DNA from: Octopus vulgaris
Taxonomy: Eukaryota
Direction of reading: 5' to 3'
DNA length: 64,000 nucleotides
NCBI GenBank assembly: GCA_951406725.2
Contig: OX597815.1
Location: 131,068,001 to 131,132,000, forward strand
Positions 39,068 through 52,990 of the stretch are shown piece by piece (position 1 is the stretch's first letter; every line of letters starts with the position of its first letter). The notes beneath the pieces were generated by a model. It was not told the origin of the DNA. It did not search any database and worked only from the letters and a program-made list of their open reading frames with translations. The translations under genes were made by a program, and so were the position numbers.

Positions 39068-39376
39068 TCGCCTAAATTTAATCGAGGTCTGCAGCGATGT
39101 GGGACCATGTGTTGAACCTGACTACTAGCAGATCTTAACTTTTCAAATCTCTGCGCAGACGCAAAACTTACACGGCAGTATAGGGCATGCCGGGAAGAAT
39201 TTTACGAATAAATCCATCATGTAATATGCGAATATAAACAAGAAGGGTAGTAATATTATTTACCACCAGGTGCCCAGCACAAAAGACGAATTAGTCATAA
39301 GACAAAAATATTATTCATATAGAAAAATATTATTCATGAATAATATTTTTGTCTTATATACATATATATACATATA

Positions 39377-39798
39377 TACTCTTACTCTTTTACTCTTTTA
39401 CTTGTTTCAGTCATTTGACTGTGGCCATGCTGGAGCACCACCTTTTTAGTCGAGCAAGACTAAACCCCCAAGACTTTCTTTTTGTAAGCCTAGTACTTAT
39501 TCTATTGGTCTCTTTTGCCGAACTGCTAAGTTACTGGGATGTAAACACACCAGCATTGGTTGTCAAGCGATGGTGGGGGGACAAACACACACACACAAAC
39601 ATATACACTCACATACATATATATATATATATATATACGACGATCTTCTTTCAGTTCCCGTCTACCAAATGCACTCACAAGGCTTTGGTCGGCCCGAGGC
39701 TATAGTAGGAGACACTTGCCCAAGGTGCCACGCAGTGGGACTGAACCCGGAACCATGTGGTTCGTAAGCAAGCTACTTACCACACAGCCACTCCTACG

Positions 39799-39801
<3 letters not shown>
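39377..39801 (-). mobile_element. SINE family A, young copy
   Basis: Full-length reverse complement of the 31088-31487 type. Confidence 0.9.
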
Positions 39802-39833
<32 letters not shown>

Positions 39834-40259
39834 ATATAAAAGGCAACATTCATTATTATATTAGGTGATTATACATACATTTTTACTCTTTACAGTATAC
39901 TTACATATATATACATAATTCTACACATCGATCTAAAACAACAGGATTACTAACGGAAGACTGAATTTAAAACCACAATACAGTATGCATTTCATTACAA
40001 CTATGATTTTTATGTTCAATTACGTTTCTTTTCCAAAGTCCCTGTTGTATTTCAACTAATGTTTCCAAAACTTTTACATAGTGACTCCCAAAGACTCATC
40101 GACATGTGTGTGCTCAAGTCATGCAAACATTTTCATTACCCAAATGATACACGCACAGCATTATAAATATGGCCTGCACACCAGCTTGCACATTCTATGA
40201 TTTCCATTAAGATCGATTAGGTACTGCTTAAGGTATATGCATTATTTTTTCATTTGAGA

Positions 40260-40408
40260 ACGATCGGGTGCATTTTCAGTATTCTCATTTGTGAGAGCAG
40301 TCGATTTTATTTCAGATATTCTCATTTTAAAAATCATCTTCTGTTAATCGTTGAGAGGAGATTGGTGTTGTGTTGGCAGAGGTTTGTGCTCTCTGTGCGC
40401 TCTTGTTT
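40260..40408 (+). mobile_element. 3' fragment of the HINE family seen at 42278-43027
   Basis: Reverse-complement match to 42278-42415, ending ggcagaggtttgtgctctctgtgcgctcttgtt. Confidence 0.7.
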
Positions 40409-41854
40409 ATATTTACATTTTGTATGTGAAGAGTGTTATTGAGCTGAAGTAAGTACTTAATGGACTGATTATACAATATAGCTTCAATATCTGGTTGAAA
40501 CTATTTCATTTCCTCTATGATATAATTCCCTTTAAGCATGTTCCTTATATCTCAATTTCCCATCATCTCCTAAAGTGAAACTTGCAAGCAGCTTGCTTGT
40601 GTGAGAGCTGTCAATTGAATGCTCCATGTACCAGATGCCAGTAGATTTCAATGGTTATTAGGGAAGAATGCATACCATTTTGGTGCCTTGTTCTTAAAAG
40701 CTTCACAGTGCTGCAGCTCCCTCACTGGCATAAGGCCCCATGTTCTGACTTGACTCTCTAGTATTGGATCTTAAGATAAGATCATCAGCACCATTCAAAT
40801 TGTGGAGTCATGCCAGTTTGATATATGCTATATACATAAACAGGTAGCTGCTTTGCTTTACACCTAAACATCACTTCTCTAACCAAGCACAGACAGACAA
40901 AAGAAATTAATCTCATATTTTATTACCAGTTAACTGTCAAGATTTCACTGTAAATGCTATTGTACATTATAAGATTCACTGAGAAGCAGAAAACCAAATG
41001 AGACCCATTGATGGCAATCAAATCATGCATTTATCGCCTGCCAGTTTCTGTCTCAAACTGTGTTTATAATGGCAGATATCATTTACATTAAAATCTTAAC
41101 TGCTAATTTATAATTCAATTTATTCCCTTCACAGATACCAAACTAAAGTGAGACACCTCACTATGCTTGATATCAGTTGATTAGCCTATCTTGCTAACAA
41201 GGAAATTATGGTGTGAAAGGAAAATGGTACACTTAAAATGATAGGAAAAAATATGCTCCTAATAATTATGTTGTTAATAGAACTAATTATGATAAAAATA
41301 TTGGTTTCAAATTTGGGCACAAAGCCAGCTACTTCGTGGGGAGGGGGTAAGTTGATTACATTGAGCCCAGTGATCAAATGGAATTTTTTTGATGCCAGTG
41401 TCAGTCGAGGCTAGTACTAGCTGACCGGTACCCATGCTGGTGGCATGTAAAAAGCACCATTCGAGCGTGGTCTTTGCCAGTGCTGCCTGACTGGCTCCCA
41501 TGCCAGTGGCATGTAAAAAGCACCAAACAAGTGTGGTCATTGCTAGTACCGCCTAACTGGCCCTCATGCCGGTGGCATGTAAAAGGTACCCACTACACTC
41601 TTGGAGTGGCCGGTGTTAGGAAGGGCATCCAGCTGTAGAAACTTTACCAGATCAGATTGGAGCCTGGTGCAGCCTTCTGGCTTGCCAGCCCTCAGTCAAA
41701 CAGTCTAACCCATGCCAGCATGGAAAGCAGACATTAAATGATGATGATGATGATGACCCTGTAAAGATGAAAGGCATTTCAGCTAAAAACATAAAGTCAG
41801 CAGAAATACCACTAAGCATTAATAAGCTGTGATAGTGGCCTGCCCTGATGCAGT

Positions 41855-42237
41855 ATCAGACAGTGGACTGCATGTCCCTTAGTGGCTGACAATATGTGCA
41901 TCTCTGATCACAAGCAGAAGTAGTGGGGAGCATCATAGCTGTGTGTTGAAAGGAATTCTTAAAGGTTTGGATAATTCGCCTCTGGAAACATGGGTGGTTC
42001 GTTCAACATCCTTAAACAATCCTTATTCAGGGACCTTTTGAGTGGGATGGGCTACTCAACCAGAAGAAAATTTTAACTGGGTCTCATCAGCAAGGTCATG
42101 CACTGTTTATCTTGATATGAGATCACCATGTCACACACATATGGTTGTGATGCATGTGCCTAGTGTACCCTTATCAGACATGTAGTCATGATGGATATAC
42201 TGGGTTTTGTATATTTTACCCCAGTGTCACTCTCCCT
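41855..42237 (-). mobile_element. Interspersed repeat, probable SINE (fourth family)
   Basis: Its (TTA)n-adjacent end gagagtgacactgg recurs near 22510-22545; non-coding. Confidence 0.45.
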
Positions 42238-42238
42238 C

Positions 42239-42276
<38 letters not shown>

Positions 42277-42277
42277 T

Positions 42278-43027
42278 AACAAGAGCACTCAGAGAGCACA
42301 AACCTCCACCAAGGCAACACCAACATCCTCTCAATGATCAGCCGGAGATGATTTTAAAAATGAGAATATCTGAAATAAACTCGAGTGCTCTCACAAACGA
42401 GAATACTAAAAATGAACCTGACTGGTCTTGAATGGAAATATAATACAAATATATATATACTTAGTGAGAGGTGAAGGAGAAAGAGATGAAATACTAATAC
42501 AGTGAAGGAGAGGTAGTGAGAATATTACCCATGACTGAGAGGGAGTCAGAGAAAGTAATGACAATGACAAAGATGAAATGAAGTGACAAAGAGAGCATGG
42601 TATGAATGAGAAAGGAAGGGGTGATAGATGAATAATGAAGGAAGGAGCAAAAAAGCTGATAAATGGCATTTGAAGTGTGAGTATATGTGTGTGAAAAAGA
42701 TAGGTATGTTTGCGTGCAAATGGGATGGTAATGTTCAATGCTGAAAATATGTGAGTATATGTGTATGTGTGTGCATGTACAAGAGAACTATGTGAAAGTT
42801 TATATATGCATGTAAAGTAAAAAAAAGTCAGAAAAATTATCCAGAATCCTTGTCCAGTACTGGATCGATCCCAAAATCTAATGAGACAGTACCAGTTACA
42901 AGGCCAAACATCGCTGAAGGTTTTATCTGAATCCATCCAGTGGTTCTTGAGATATTTTATTCATGGATAAACAAGCAAACAAATATGACTGAAAACAATA
43001 CCTCTGCCTTTGCTAAGGCAGAGGTAA
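42278..43027 (-). mobile_element. Non-autonomous Helentron-associated element (DINE-1/HINE architecture)
   Basis: 5' subterminal inverted repeat tacctctgcctt/aaggcagaggta (42999-43026), short gttt-type repeat, 3' subTIR ggtggaggt followed by the hairpin gtgctc-tct-gagtgc and tcttgtt; T-rich flanks. Confidence 0.7.
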
Positions 43028-43523
43028 TAATAATAATAATAATTGTTTCAAATTTTCGCACAAGGCCAGCAATTTTGGGGATGGAGTAAGTCGATTACAT
43101 TGACCCTAGTACTTGATTAATACTTATTAGTATGGTTTTTATGACTGGATACTCTTCCTAATGCTAACCACTCTGAAATGTGGACTAAGTACTTTTCTTA
43201 TGTGAGCTGCACTATTGTGGTCACCATGCAGTTCGCAGGACTATAAGCCCTGGGTTAGGTGGCGGTTCAGCTTCATGTTAGGGGATGTGGGGATTAGTAT
43301 GAGAGAAGAGAAAAGGATCAGCAGGAGGTGCATGACGTAGTTTATGGTTGTAAGTCCATGTGTTAATACCAGTAATGAACAGTAGTATGTGGCAGATGGA
43401 AAACCAGGCTGATGGGATATAACTGGGTGGACGATTCAAATCATTAATATAATCTTCTCATATCTAACATTATTTATATTATTTACATTTGATGGATATT
43501 TGTCTTGATCTTGTTTGTTGTTA

Positions 43524-43567
43524 ACACAGCGTTTCGGCTGATACACCCTCCAGCCCTCATCACGTGT
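43524..43567 (-). ncRNA. Degenerate minimal hammerhead in a Penelope-like end fragment (about 43465-43640)
   Basis: acac-GTGATGA-g-ggctg(gagggtgtat)cagcc-GAAA-cg-CT-gtgt; stems intact, two core substitutions. Confidence 0.55.
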
Positions 43568-43627
43568 CGTGGGAAAATTCCGAAGTTGGATTCTCATTCC
43601 TAAGGTATTTTTTGATATTATTATTAA

Positions 43628-43659
<32 letters not shown>

Positions 43660-43689
43660 TCATATCTTGTTAAGTCATCGTCACCATCC

Positions 43690-43723
<34 letters not shown>

Positions 43724-44229
43724 TGTTTAATGTTCACTTTCCATGCTGGAATGGGTTGGATGGTTTGACTGAAAACTGGTAAGCCAGGGAGCCGCACTAG
43801 GTTCCAATCTGATTTAGCATGGTGTCTACAACTGGATACCCTCCCTAAACCCAGCCACTCCAAGGATGTTGTGGGTGCTTTTTATGTGCATGGATGCCTT
43901 TTATGTGCATGGATGCCATTGATGTGACACTGGCATTGGCCATGACTATGATCTCACTTGGCTTGATTGCTCTACACAAGCAAGGTATATTCTTTTCTAC
44001 TCTGGGCATAAGGCCTGAAATTTTGGGGGAAAGGGCAGTCGATTAGATTGACCCCAGTATGCAACTGGTACTTAATTTATTGACCCCGAAAGGGTGAAAG
44101 GCAAAGTTGACCTTGGCAGAATTTGAACTCAGAATGTAAAGATAGACGAAATACTGTTAAGCTCTTCGCCTGGTATGCTAACATCTCTGCCAGTTTGCCA
44201 CCTTACAAGCAAGTATATTTGCTAAAGGT

Positions 44230-44710
44230 CTTGGTAACCTGTCACTACCTTCATGAGGTCTTATGCTCAAAGCAAATAAGTACATGCTGGGGCTAGTTGG
44301 TCTTGACCATGGGGATGGTAAGCATCCTGGCAGAATAACCCTCTTCCCATACAAGGGAGGCAGAACATTAATCTGGGACATGACATTCTGCTACATATTC
44401 TCTAGCTGCAACCTTGCTGCATTAGCTGCAAACATGGGTATCAGTGCCACAACACAGTGGAGAGAAACATAAACACATACAGGAGCCTCACTGACCACTA
44501 TCAGTTAGTGCCAGTCACTGTTGAGACCTCAGGTTTTCTCTGATCCTGTACTTCCAATTTCCTCTGCAAAATTGAGACAAGTGCAGCTCATCTGAGAAAT
44601 GAGCCCCACAAAGTGGAGTGGCAGCTGCAGTATGCCAACACCTTTGCAATCATATCTGGAAGGTGCAGCTAAACACATCATTTGTTCTGGGGTGTACAAT
44701 CTATTACTCC
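44230..44710 (+). mobile_element. Decayed CRE-like restriction-like endonuclease fragment
   Basis: GDGKHPGRITLFPYKGGRTLIWDMT...YRSLTDHYQLVPVTVETSG resembles the DGKRPDG..WD.T...KY..L...F.P.A.ET.G pattern. Confidence 0.65.
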
Positions 44711-44820
44711 CCCCCACCATTCTCTGTTGCTTAACCACTCCTACATCTTTTCCCTTTTCTTTGTTACCTTGGAGAGGTAGTTATGGGTATTTTTTCCTCT
44801 CAATAATTTGATTTTTTATG

Positions 44821-45270
44821 AAGGTGGTGAGCTTGCAGAAACATTAGCACACCAGGCGAAATGCTTAGTGGTATTTCTTCAGTCTTTACATTCTGAGTTC
44901 AAATTCTGCTGAGGTTAACTTTTCCTGTCATCTTTTTGGGGTCGATAAATTAAGTACCAATTGCATACTGGGTCAATCTAATCGACTGGCCCCACCTTCC
45001 CAAAAATTTTGGGCCTTGTGCCTAGAGTAGAAAAGAATATCTGTTAGTTTGAAGGTGGCAAGCTGGCAGAAACGTTAGCATGCCAGGTGAAATGCTTAGC
45101 GGTATTTCTTCTGTCTTTACATTCTAAGTTCAAATCCCGCTGAGGACAGCTTTGTCTTACATCTTTTGGGTTCGATAAATTAAGTACCAGTTGCATACTG
45201 GAATTGATCTAATCGACTGGCCCCACCTCTCCAAAAATTTCAGGCCTTGTACTTAGAGTAGAAAAGAATA
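44821..45270 (+). mobile_element. Two tandem SINE family B copies
   Basis: 44821-45038 and 45052-45270; A-box-like tggcagaaacg, B-box gttcaaat(t/c)c, central cttt..catctttt.ggg.tcgataaattaagtacca. Confidence 0.9.
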
Positions 45271-46159
45271 ATTTGATCGTTTATACTTCTAATGTTTTTT
45301 TTCTTATCTGTTACAAATAAAAACAAAGTGGCCTATATTAGTACAGAGCTAATTTTAGGAAACTCATAATATCATTGGAATAATAAAGAGATAAAATAGT
45401 TTGGAGCGGAATAAAGATTCAGTATATTAGATTTGATTTTGTTCTGACTATTTCTTATGGATACTTATTTTCGCTCACTGCTATCAATTTTATTAACTGG
45501 TCAACATCAAAATGTCAAGCTGACCCTGGAAGAATTTAAAACAGTCTTTATATGATCTATTATTCATCTTTGTTTGGTCTTAGGTTGACATTTAACTTTG
45601 GGTAGTACTTGTTGTGGTTGCTGTTTAGCTACACTTAGCTCTGCTTGAGTAGATCTATTGATTTTTATTCTAGTGATTGAATGTTTCAGATATTTTCAAC
45701 CAGGATATGTTATTGAATGTTAATCTGTTGTGGGACTCTGTTCGACACCATACGGTAGTGTTTAGCTATGTAAACAACAATGTGACAGTCTGTAAATATT
45801 TAAACTTTAATGGGTACAAGGGTGGATATGTAGTTAAGAAGTTTGCTTCCTTACCACATGGTTTCAGTTTCAGTCCCAGTGTATTACACCCCGGGTAAAT
45901 ATCTTTTACTATACCCTTGGGTTAATCACAGCTTTATGAGAGAATTTGGTAGATGGAAACTGAAAGAATTCTGTTATATGTATGTATGTATGTATGTATA
46001 TCAGTCAGTCATTGTTCAGTTTTACTTCAAGATTTCTTGCCAATAGAAAAAAACCTGGTTTCTAACCTAGATTCAAGGCTCCTTCATTGGAATTTCAACA
46101 TCAACATTTTTGTTTGTATGTATGTATGTATGTATATGTGCAAATTTGTATGCTATACT

Positions 46160-46561
46160 ATTTTACTATTTTACTTGTTTCAGTCATTTGACTGCGGCCA
46201 TGCTGGAGCACCGCCTTTAATTGAGCAACTCGACCCCGGGACTTATTCTTTTGTAAGCCCAGTACTTATTCTATCGGTCTCTTTTGCCGAACCGCTAAGT
46301 AACGGGGACATAAACACACCAGCATCGGTTGTCAAGCAATGCTAGGGGGACAAACACAGACACACAAACACACACACGCATATATATATACATATATACG
46401 ACGGGCTTCTTTCAGTTTCCGTCTACCAAATTCACTCACAAGGCTTTGGTCGGCCCGTGGCTATAGTAGAAGACACTTGCCCAAGGTGCCACGCAGTGGG
46501 ACAGAACCCGGAACCATGTGGTTAGTTAGCAAGCTACTTACCACACAGCCACTCCTGCGCC
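46160..46561 (-). mobile_element. SINE family A, young copy
   Basis: Full-length reverse complement of 31088-31487. Confidence 0.9.
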
Positions 46562-49500
46562 TCATACTCCTGTATGTTTTGCTTTTTAAAAAAGAGTTTG
46601 ATAGAAATATGAATCCCTCCCCTTTATCCTGTTTTAAGTAATTCTCCATATTGAATCAGTCAAAGAATGATCACTAAAGCCTCCAGCTTTGTTCAACCAG
46701 ACTGGTTAGTAAAATATTCTTTTCTACTCTAGGCACAAGGCCCGAAATTTTTGGAGAGGGGGCCAGTTGATTACATCAACCCCAGTATGCAACTGGTACT
46801 TAATTTATCGACCCCAAAAAGATGAAAGGCAAAGTCGACCTCAGTAGAATTTGAACTTAAGCCATAAAGACAGACGAAATACCTTTTAGAAATACCTAAA
46901 AGAAGAAAAAAAACAAAAGAAGCTAAAAAAAATAAGTTGATCAACAGAATGTTTTTGTGCATTTCATTTAGTGTATTATCACTGAAGTCAATCTTTTGGC
47001 CTTTTACTTGTTTCAGTCACTAGACTGTGGCTATGCTGAGGCACTGCTCTGAAGAGTTCTAGCTGAACAGATCGACCCCCAGCCCTTAATTTTTTATTCT
47101 GGTACTTATTTTATCAGTAGCTTTTACTGAACCACTAAGTTACAGGAATGTAAACAAACCAACACTGGTTGTCAAGTGGTGATGGTGGTAATGGGACAAA
47201 CACAGACTAAGACACACACACACACACCCATATATATGATAGGCTTCCTCACAGTTACCATCTACCAAATTCACCTACAAAGCATTGCTTGGGCTGGGAA
47301 GAGAAGACATTTGCCCAAAGTACCACATTGTAGGACTGAACCTGGAACCATGTAGTTGCAAAATAAGCTCTTTAACCATGCAGATTATGAAACATTTTGT
47401 GGAACCCTAACATGACCACCCCCACCACAAAAAAAAAATATCACTGAACCCATATATTTATTTTAATGACATCTTCAGCTGCTTGAGTTTTAATAGGACA
47501 TCAATTGCTTTGTAGAATCTATTTATAAAAAAAAATAACTAACTTTATTAGGAAATGATGAATATCATTTTTCCATTTTATCTTTTACATGTTTCAGTCA
47601 TTAGACTGTGGTCATGCTGGGGCATAGCTTTGAAGGGTTTTGGTTGACAAATGGCTGAGATCTTTGACAATATGCTGTGCTTGAGAAGAAGATCTGTCAA
47701 GCCAAATGATATCGTAGTCATGGCAGATACTGGTGTCATGCAACTGGCACCCATCATCCTCATCATCCTTATCATCATCATCGTTTAATGCCTGTCTTCC
47801 ATGCTAGCATGGGTGGGATGCTGATGGCAAGTAAAAACGCCTATTACACTCTCAGAGTGGTTGGTGTTAGAAAGGATATCCAGCTGTAGAAACCATGCCA
47901 GATCAGATTGGAGTCTGGTGCAGCCCCTCAGCTTACCATCCCTGGTCAAACTGCCAGCATACACGATGGAAGTTAAATGATAATGATGATGATGAGATTA
48001 AATCCAGTACTGTATTTTAAATCTGGTACATATTCTATCATTCACCTTTGCTGACCTACCAAATTATGAGGATGTAAACAAACCAACACCAACAAGTGGT
48101 TGGGGGGCAGACACAAGCACAAAGACACACATACATATATATGATGGGCTTTTTCAGTTTCCCTCAACCTAATCCATTCATAAAACTTTGGATAACTCTG
48201 GGCTATAGCAAATTTCTTAACCAAACAGCTATGCCCGTGTCTATAAGAAATATTTATAGGTTGGTGAGCTGGCAGAATCGTTAGCATGCCAGATGAAATG
48301 TTTAGTGGTATTTCATCTGCGCTTATGTTTTGAGCTCAAATTCCGAGGAGGTCGACTTTGCTTTTCATCCTTTCAGGGTTGATTAAATGAGTACCAGTTA
48401 TACACTGGGGTCGATGTAATCGACTTAATCCATTTGTTTGTCCTTGTTTGTCCCCTTTATGTTTATCCCCCTGTGGGTAATAAAGAAATAAAGAGGTTTT
48501 TATCAAATTGTAGTAAAAAATCTTTTTTCTTGCAGTATCCCTGAAATTGCTAATGGAATCCTAGTGTTCCACAGTCTTTGAGAAACACTGCTTTAATTCA
48601 CTTTAAGGCTTTTTCTCTTCACTTGAATCTGATATTTCCTGTTTTTATTTGCTTTCATGACTGTCTTATGTCATTTTAAAACTATCAATAAAAGTTGATT
48701 TAGAGCCTTTTCTTACTAATATATATTAATTATATAACTACTTAATTATATTATTTTAACTCTTTAATGTTAACTGAAAACAAAAAATAATAATTAAAAT
48801 GTGCTACAGAAAATTAAAATAAACTGTGATATTGATGAACTTTTGAACACATGCAAGACGGCAAATTGGATTTTGAAGAAATCATACTGTAAACAACATT
48901 GATAATTAGGAAAATAGAGAGCATTATAGTGAAGTATAATTATACAGTGTTTTGTAAATTATAAATTACAAGGAAAATCTCTCTCTAAAGAAACAAATAA
49001 TGAGTTAAATTCTGAAATCAAATTAAGATCAAAAATGAAGTTTATTAATTAACTTTAATAATTAGGAATGATTATAAAGTTTAAATCCTGTGAAATATTC
49101 TTTGTACAGACATTGCTGTGTGGTTTATATGTTTCCTTGTCAACCTTTTGGTTTAGTGTTTGATTTCCCAGTGTGGCACCCTGGGCAAGTGCCTTCTACT
49201 AAAGTCACATGTTGTCCAAATCCTTGTGTGCGGATTTGATAGAGGGAAACTGAAAGAAACCTGGCATGTGTGTGTGTGTGTGTGTGTGTGTGTTAGTGTC
49301 TCTTTGTTTCAACAACTTGGGATAGTTGTAAATGAGTATCACCATCATGCAAGAGGTGTTCTTCATTTCCAATATTCTGTGGAGACATGTCCAACCATAG
49401 GGAAATATGACTTTACTTGGAAACAAGTGAGGGTTGGTGGCAAGAAAGGCATCTGGCTGTAAAAAATCTACCTCAACATATTCCACAACTCTTTTTTTTT

Positions 49501-49926
49501 TGTCAATTCCAAATTTTTTACTTATGACACCATTGATCTACTTACCTAAGTCATATCAAGATAATGGATTCCCTTTTTATCTCATCCTGGAATGTACCTA
49601 TCTACACTTGAATCATTATGAACTTTTCACATTCTAGACTCTTCCTGGTTTCCTGATCTCTCTTTCTCTCTCCAGTGGCAGATACGGGGATGTTGCCCTA
49701 GTTGCCTGGGCAACACCCTTTCTAGCCAAGCTGACACTCAAAAATTGGGACCACGGTTTATTTCCGGCAGTCTCACAGCATTACTGTTTTATATGCATGT
49801 GGCCTGCTACAACAAAGAATACATAAAAATGGGTCCATTGTTACAAATCACAATTCCCACCATATATAGTCTTTTTTTCAAAACTTTTGAACAAGACCTC
49901 AAAAGAAAATTCTGGATCCCCCATGC

Positions 49927-49970
<44 letters not shown>

Positions 49971-50700
49971 TCTCTCTCTCTCTCTCCCTCTCTCTCTGTA
50001 TGTATATATATGAATATATATATACATATATATCATCATCATCATCATCGTTTAATGTCCGTTTTCCATGTTGGCATTGTTTGGACAGTTTGACTAGGGC
50101 TTGGGAAGACAGAAAGCTGCACCAGGCTCCAGTCTGAACTGGCAGTGTTTCTACAGCTGGATGCTCTTCCTAACCTCCAGCCACTCCAAGAGTGTAGTGC
50201 ATGCTTTTTACGTGCCACCGGTACAGAGGCCAGAGGAGGCTGGCAACAACCATGATCGGTTGGTGCTTTTTACATGCCACTGGCACAGAAGCCTGTCAAG
50301 GCAGTGCTGGCATCGGTCACGTTCAGATGGTGCTTCTTACATGCCACCAGCATGGAGACCACAACTACAATTTTCATTTGATTTTGATTTGGATGTACTT
50401 GACTCGATAGGTCTCCTCAAGCACATCATGTCACCTTAGCACAGCATGTCGCCCTAGAACAGCATGTCACCCTATGATCCAAGGTACTTTTGAGTGGGCT
50501 CGAGCTGGTTATGTTACACTGGTGTGAACTCACTTTATTTGCTAAGTCTTCACAGTCACAGCATATCTCCAGTGGTCTCGGTCTTTCGTCATTGTCTTCT
50601 TTCTTCTGTTCCCTGGCTTCATACTCATGAAACAGACCTGAACCGGTTGACCACATGCTAGCTACCTGATAAAATCTAATATAGATTTTATCCTTAATTT

Positions 50701-50709
<9 letters not shown>

Positions 50710-50740
<31 letters not shown>

Positions 50741-51743
50741 TATGTTACAAAAAGAAAATAGAAACTACACGTGGAAATGTGAGGGGAAGTAAGAAGAAAA
50801 ATAAGCGAAAATGCACATTGGAAATCAAAAAAGTAAAGGGCTTTTTATGAAAAGTAACGATAGATATATACTATTAGATGAACTGAGGTAGGAAATAAAA
50901 GTAATAAAAGTCATTTTTGTGAATTGTTAAAGAGATTCAAAAGCATACTGGTTTCGTGAATTTACTAATCATTGCTTTGAATGCACACCGATTAATGAAT
51001 GGTATCAGGTCTACTAGTCCCTGAGTAAAACGATTATGTGTAAGGGAAGTAAGTAGTTCTGGATTTGGTGCAATTAGGGTAGATATATATCTGTAATGTG
51101 AATAGTATATGGGTTGTATGGGGGTTAGTGGTATTAATTGAAAGGTTAGTAGTGTTCTGTATTATGTTATGTGTTCATATTGAGTTGTGGAAGATATCTA
51201 TTGATGAAAGTTGACTCTTTATTCATTCTTTGTTATACTGAGGTGTTCTGTGTATATTGATAGAAGAGTAAAATTAGGAAATTAGGCTTAAGATTCCTAG
51301 CACACCTTTCTATGTGTTCACTAACCTGCATCTGTCTGTATTGTGAGTGACAGATTTGTTCTTTGTGGGTAGTGGTTCTTCGACGGAGTGATATTCTTGT
51401 TTGGCCATTATAATCATTACTACACCCTAAACGGCATAGATAAGATTTTCCGAGGCACAGGTGAAATTTGATTTGATCTTGAATATTTCACCTTTTTAAA
51501 GTGGGAATCTGAATCCTCCAAAAGGTGGGGGCATGTACCACAGTTAGGTCGACCACATTTTTTCACTTTTGGTTCTGTTGATAATGGATATAGTCTTGCA
51601 CTGTTTAATATTTCTTTCAATGATTTAGGTTGCATTTTGCTCTTGATAATTTTGTGTGAGCCTAAAATTTTGTTCATTGTTTTATCTCTTTGAGGATGGG
51701 AAGATTTTGGATGATAATGTTAGAGGCTTCATTGTTTCTAGGG

Positions 51744-51745
<2 letters not shown>
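50710..51745 (-). mobile_element. Penelope-like element 3' fragment (Cys linker + GIY-YIG endonuclease + UTR)
   Basis: KKCGRPNCGTCPHL...FKIKSNFTCASENLIYA..GC..Y.GQT...RR.TTHKEQI...VSEH on the minus strand with frameshifts; bounded by (TA)n at both ends. Confidence 0.8.
50940..50978 (-). ncRNA. Degenerate minimal hammerhead in a Penelope UTR
   Basis: aaagca-ATGATTA-gtaaattcac-GAAA-ccag-TA-tgcttt; perfect 6-bp stem I, decayed core. Confidence 0.5.
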
Positions 51746-51803
<58 letters not shown>

Positions 51804-51877
51804 ATATACATATGTATGTATATATATATATGTGTATGTATGTGTGTATGTATGTATGCATGTATGTATATATATGT

Positions 51878-52232
51878 GGACGTGCAATGGCCCAGTGTTT
51901 AAGGCAGCAGACTTGTGGTTGTAGGATCGCGGTTTCGATTCTCAGACCGGGTGTTGTGAGTGTTTATTGAGCGAAGACACCTAAAACTCCACGTGCCTCC
52001 AGCAGGGGGTGGTGGTGAACTCTACTGTACTTTTCTCTTACTCTTTCTTCATGTTTCTGTCGAAGGGCCAGCCTTGTCACACTCTGTATCTCGCTGAATC
52101 TCCCCCGAGATCTACGTTAAGGGTAAACGTGCCTGTGGAGTGCTCAACCACTTGCATGTTAATTTCATGAGCAGGCTGTTCCATTGATAGGATCAACTGG
52201 ATCCCTCGTTGTCATAACCGGCAGAGTGCCAT
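51878..52232 (+). mobile_element. tRNA-derived SINE (fifth family)
   Basis: tRNA-like head tggcccagtgtttaaggc...gtttcgattctc followed by a non-coding body. Confidence 0.6.
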
Positions 52233-52244
52233 GTCATATATATA

Positions 52245-52705
<461 letters not shown>

Positions 52706-52819
52706 GAAGATATATTTCATATCTATTTGCATTTCTCTCCAATATGTTATATAAACATACAGGTATTGATAAACTGATTTGATACCTGGTTACGTCATGT
52801 CTATGCTTTTGATCTTTTA

Positions 52820-52947
52820 TACCTGTGTGTGAGTGTGTATGTATGTGAGTGTGTGCCTTTGTGTATGAGTGGGTATGTGTGTGAGTGCGGTGAGTGCGTG
52901 TGTGTGAGTGTTTATCTTTGTAGGTCTTTGCTTTGATATCATTTACC

Positions 52948-52990
<43 letters not shown>

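Larger units (their letters stand above)
38441..39357 (-). mobile_element. 454-bp head-to-tail dimer with a hammerhead per unit (retrozyme-like or Penelope pseudo-LTR-like)
   Basis: Units start at 38441 and 38895 (attaagggctcctaaattaag) and are nearly identical; no long ORF; ends in a 22-bp inverted segment; flanked by (TA)n. Confidence 0.8.

Noticed and set aside
40316-40449. Exon-like segment with AG and GTAAGT boundaries
   Set aside because: Its best frame stops before the donor, and most of it is the 3' fragment of the HINE repeat.
40560-40820. Possible second CRE-like endonuclease relic on the minus strand
   Set aside because: Only scattered residues (GAAA, K..K.Y, SG.W) match across several frameshifts.
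49676-49923. Possible MITE with cagtggcagat / tggatcccccatg ends and an internal palindrome
   Set aside because: The TIR match is weak, there is no clear TSD, and it is single-copy in the window.
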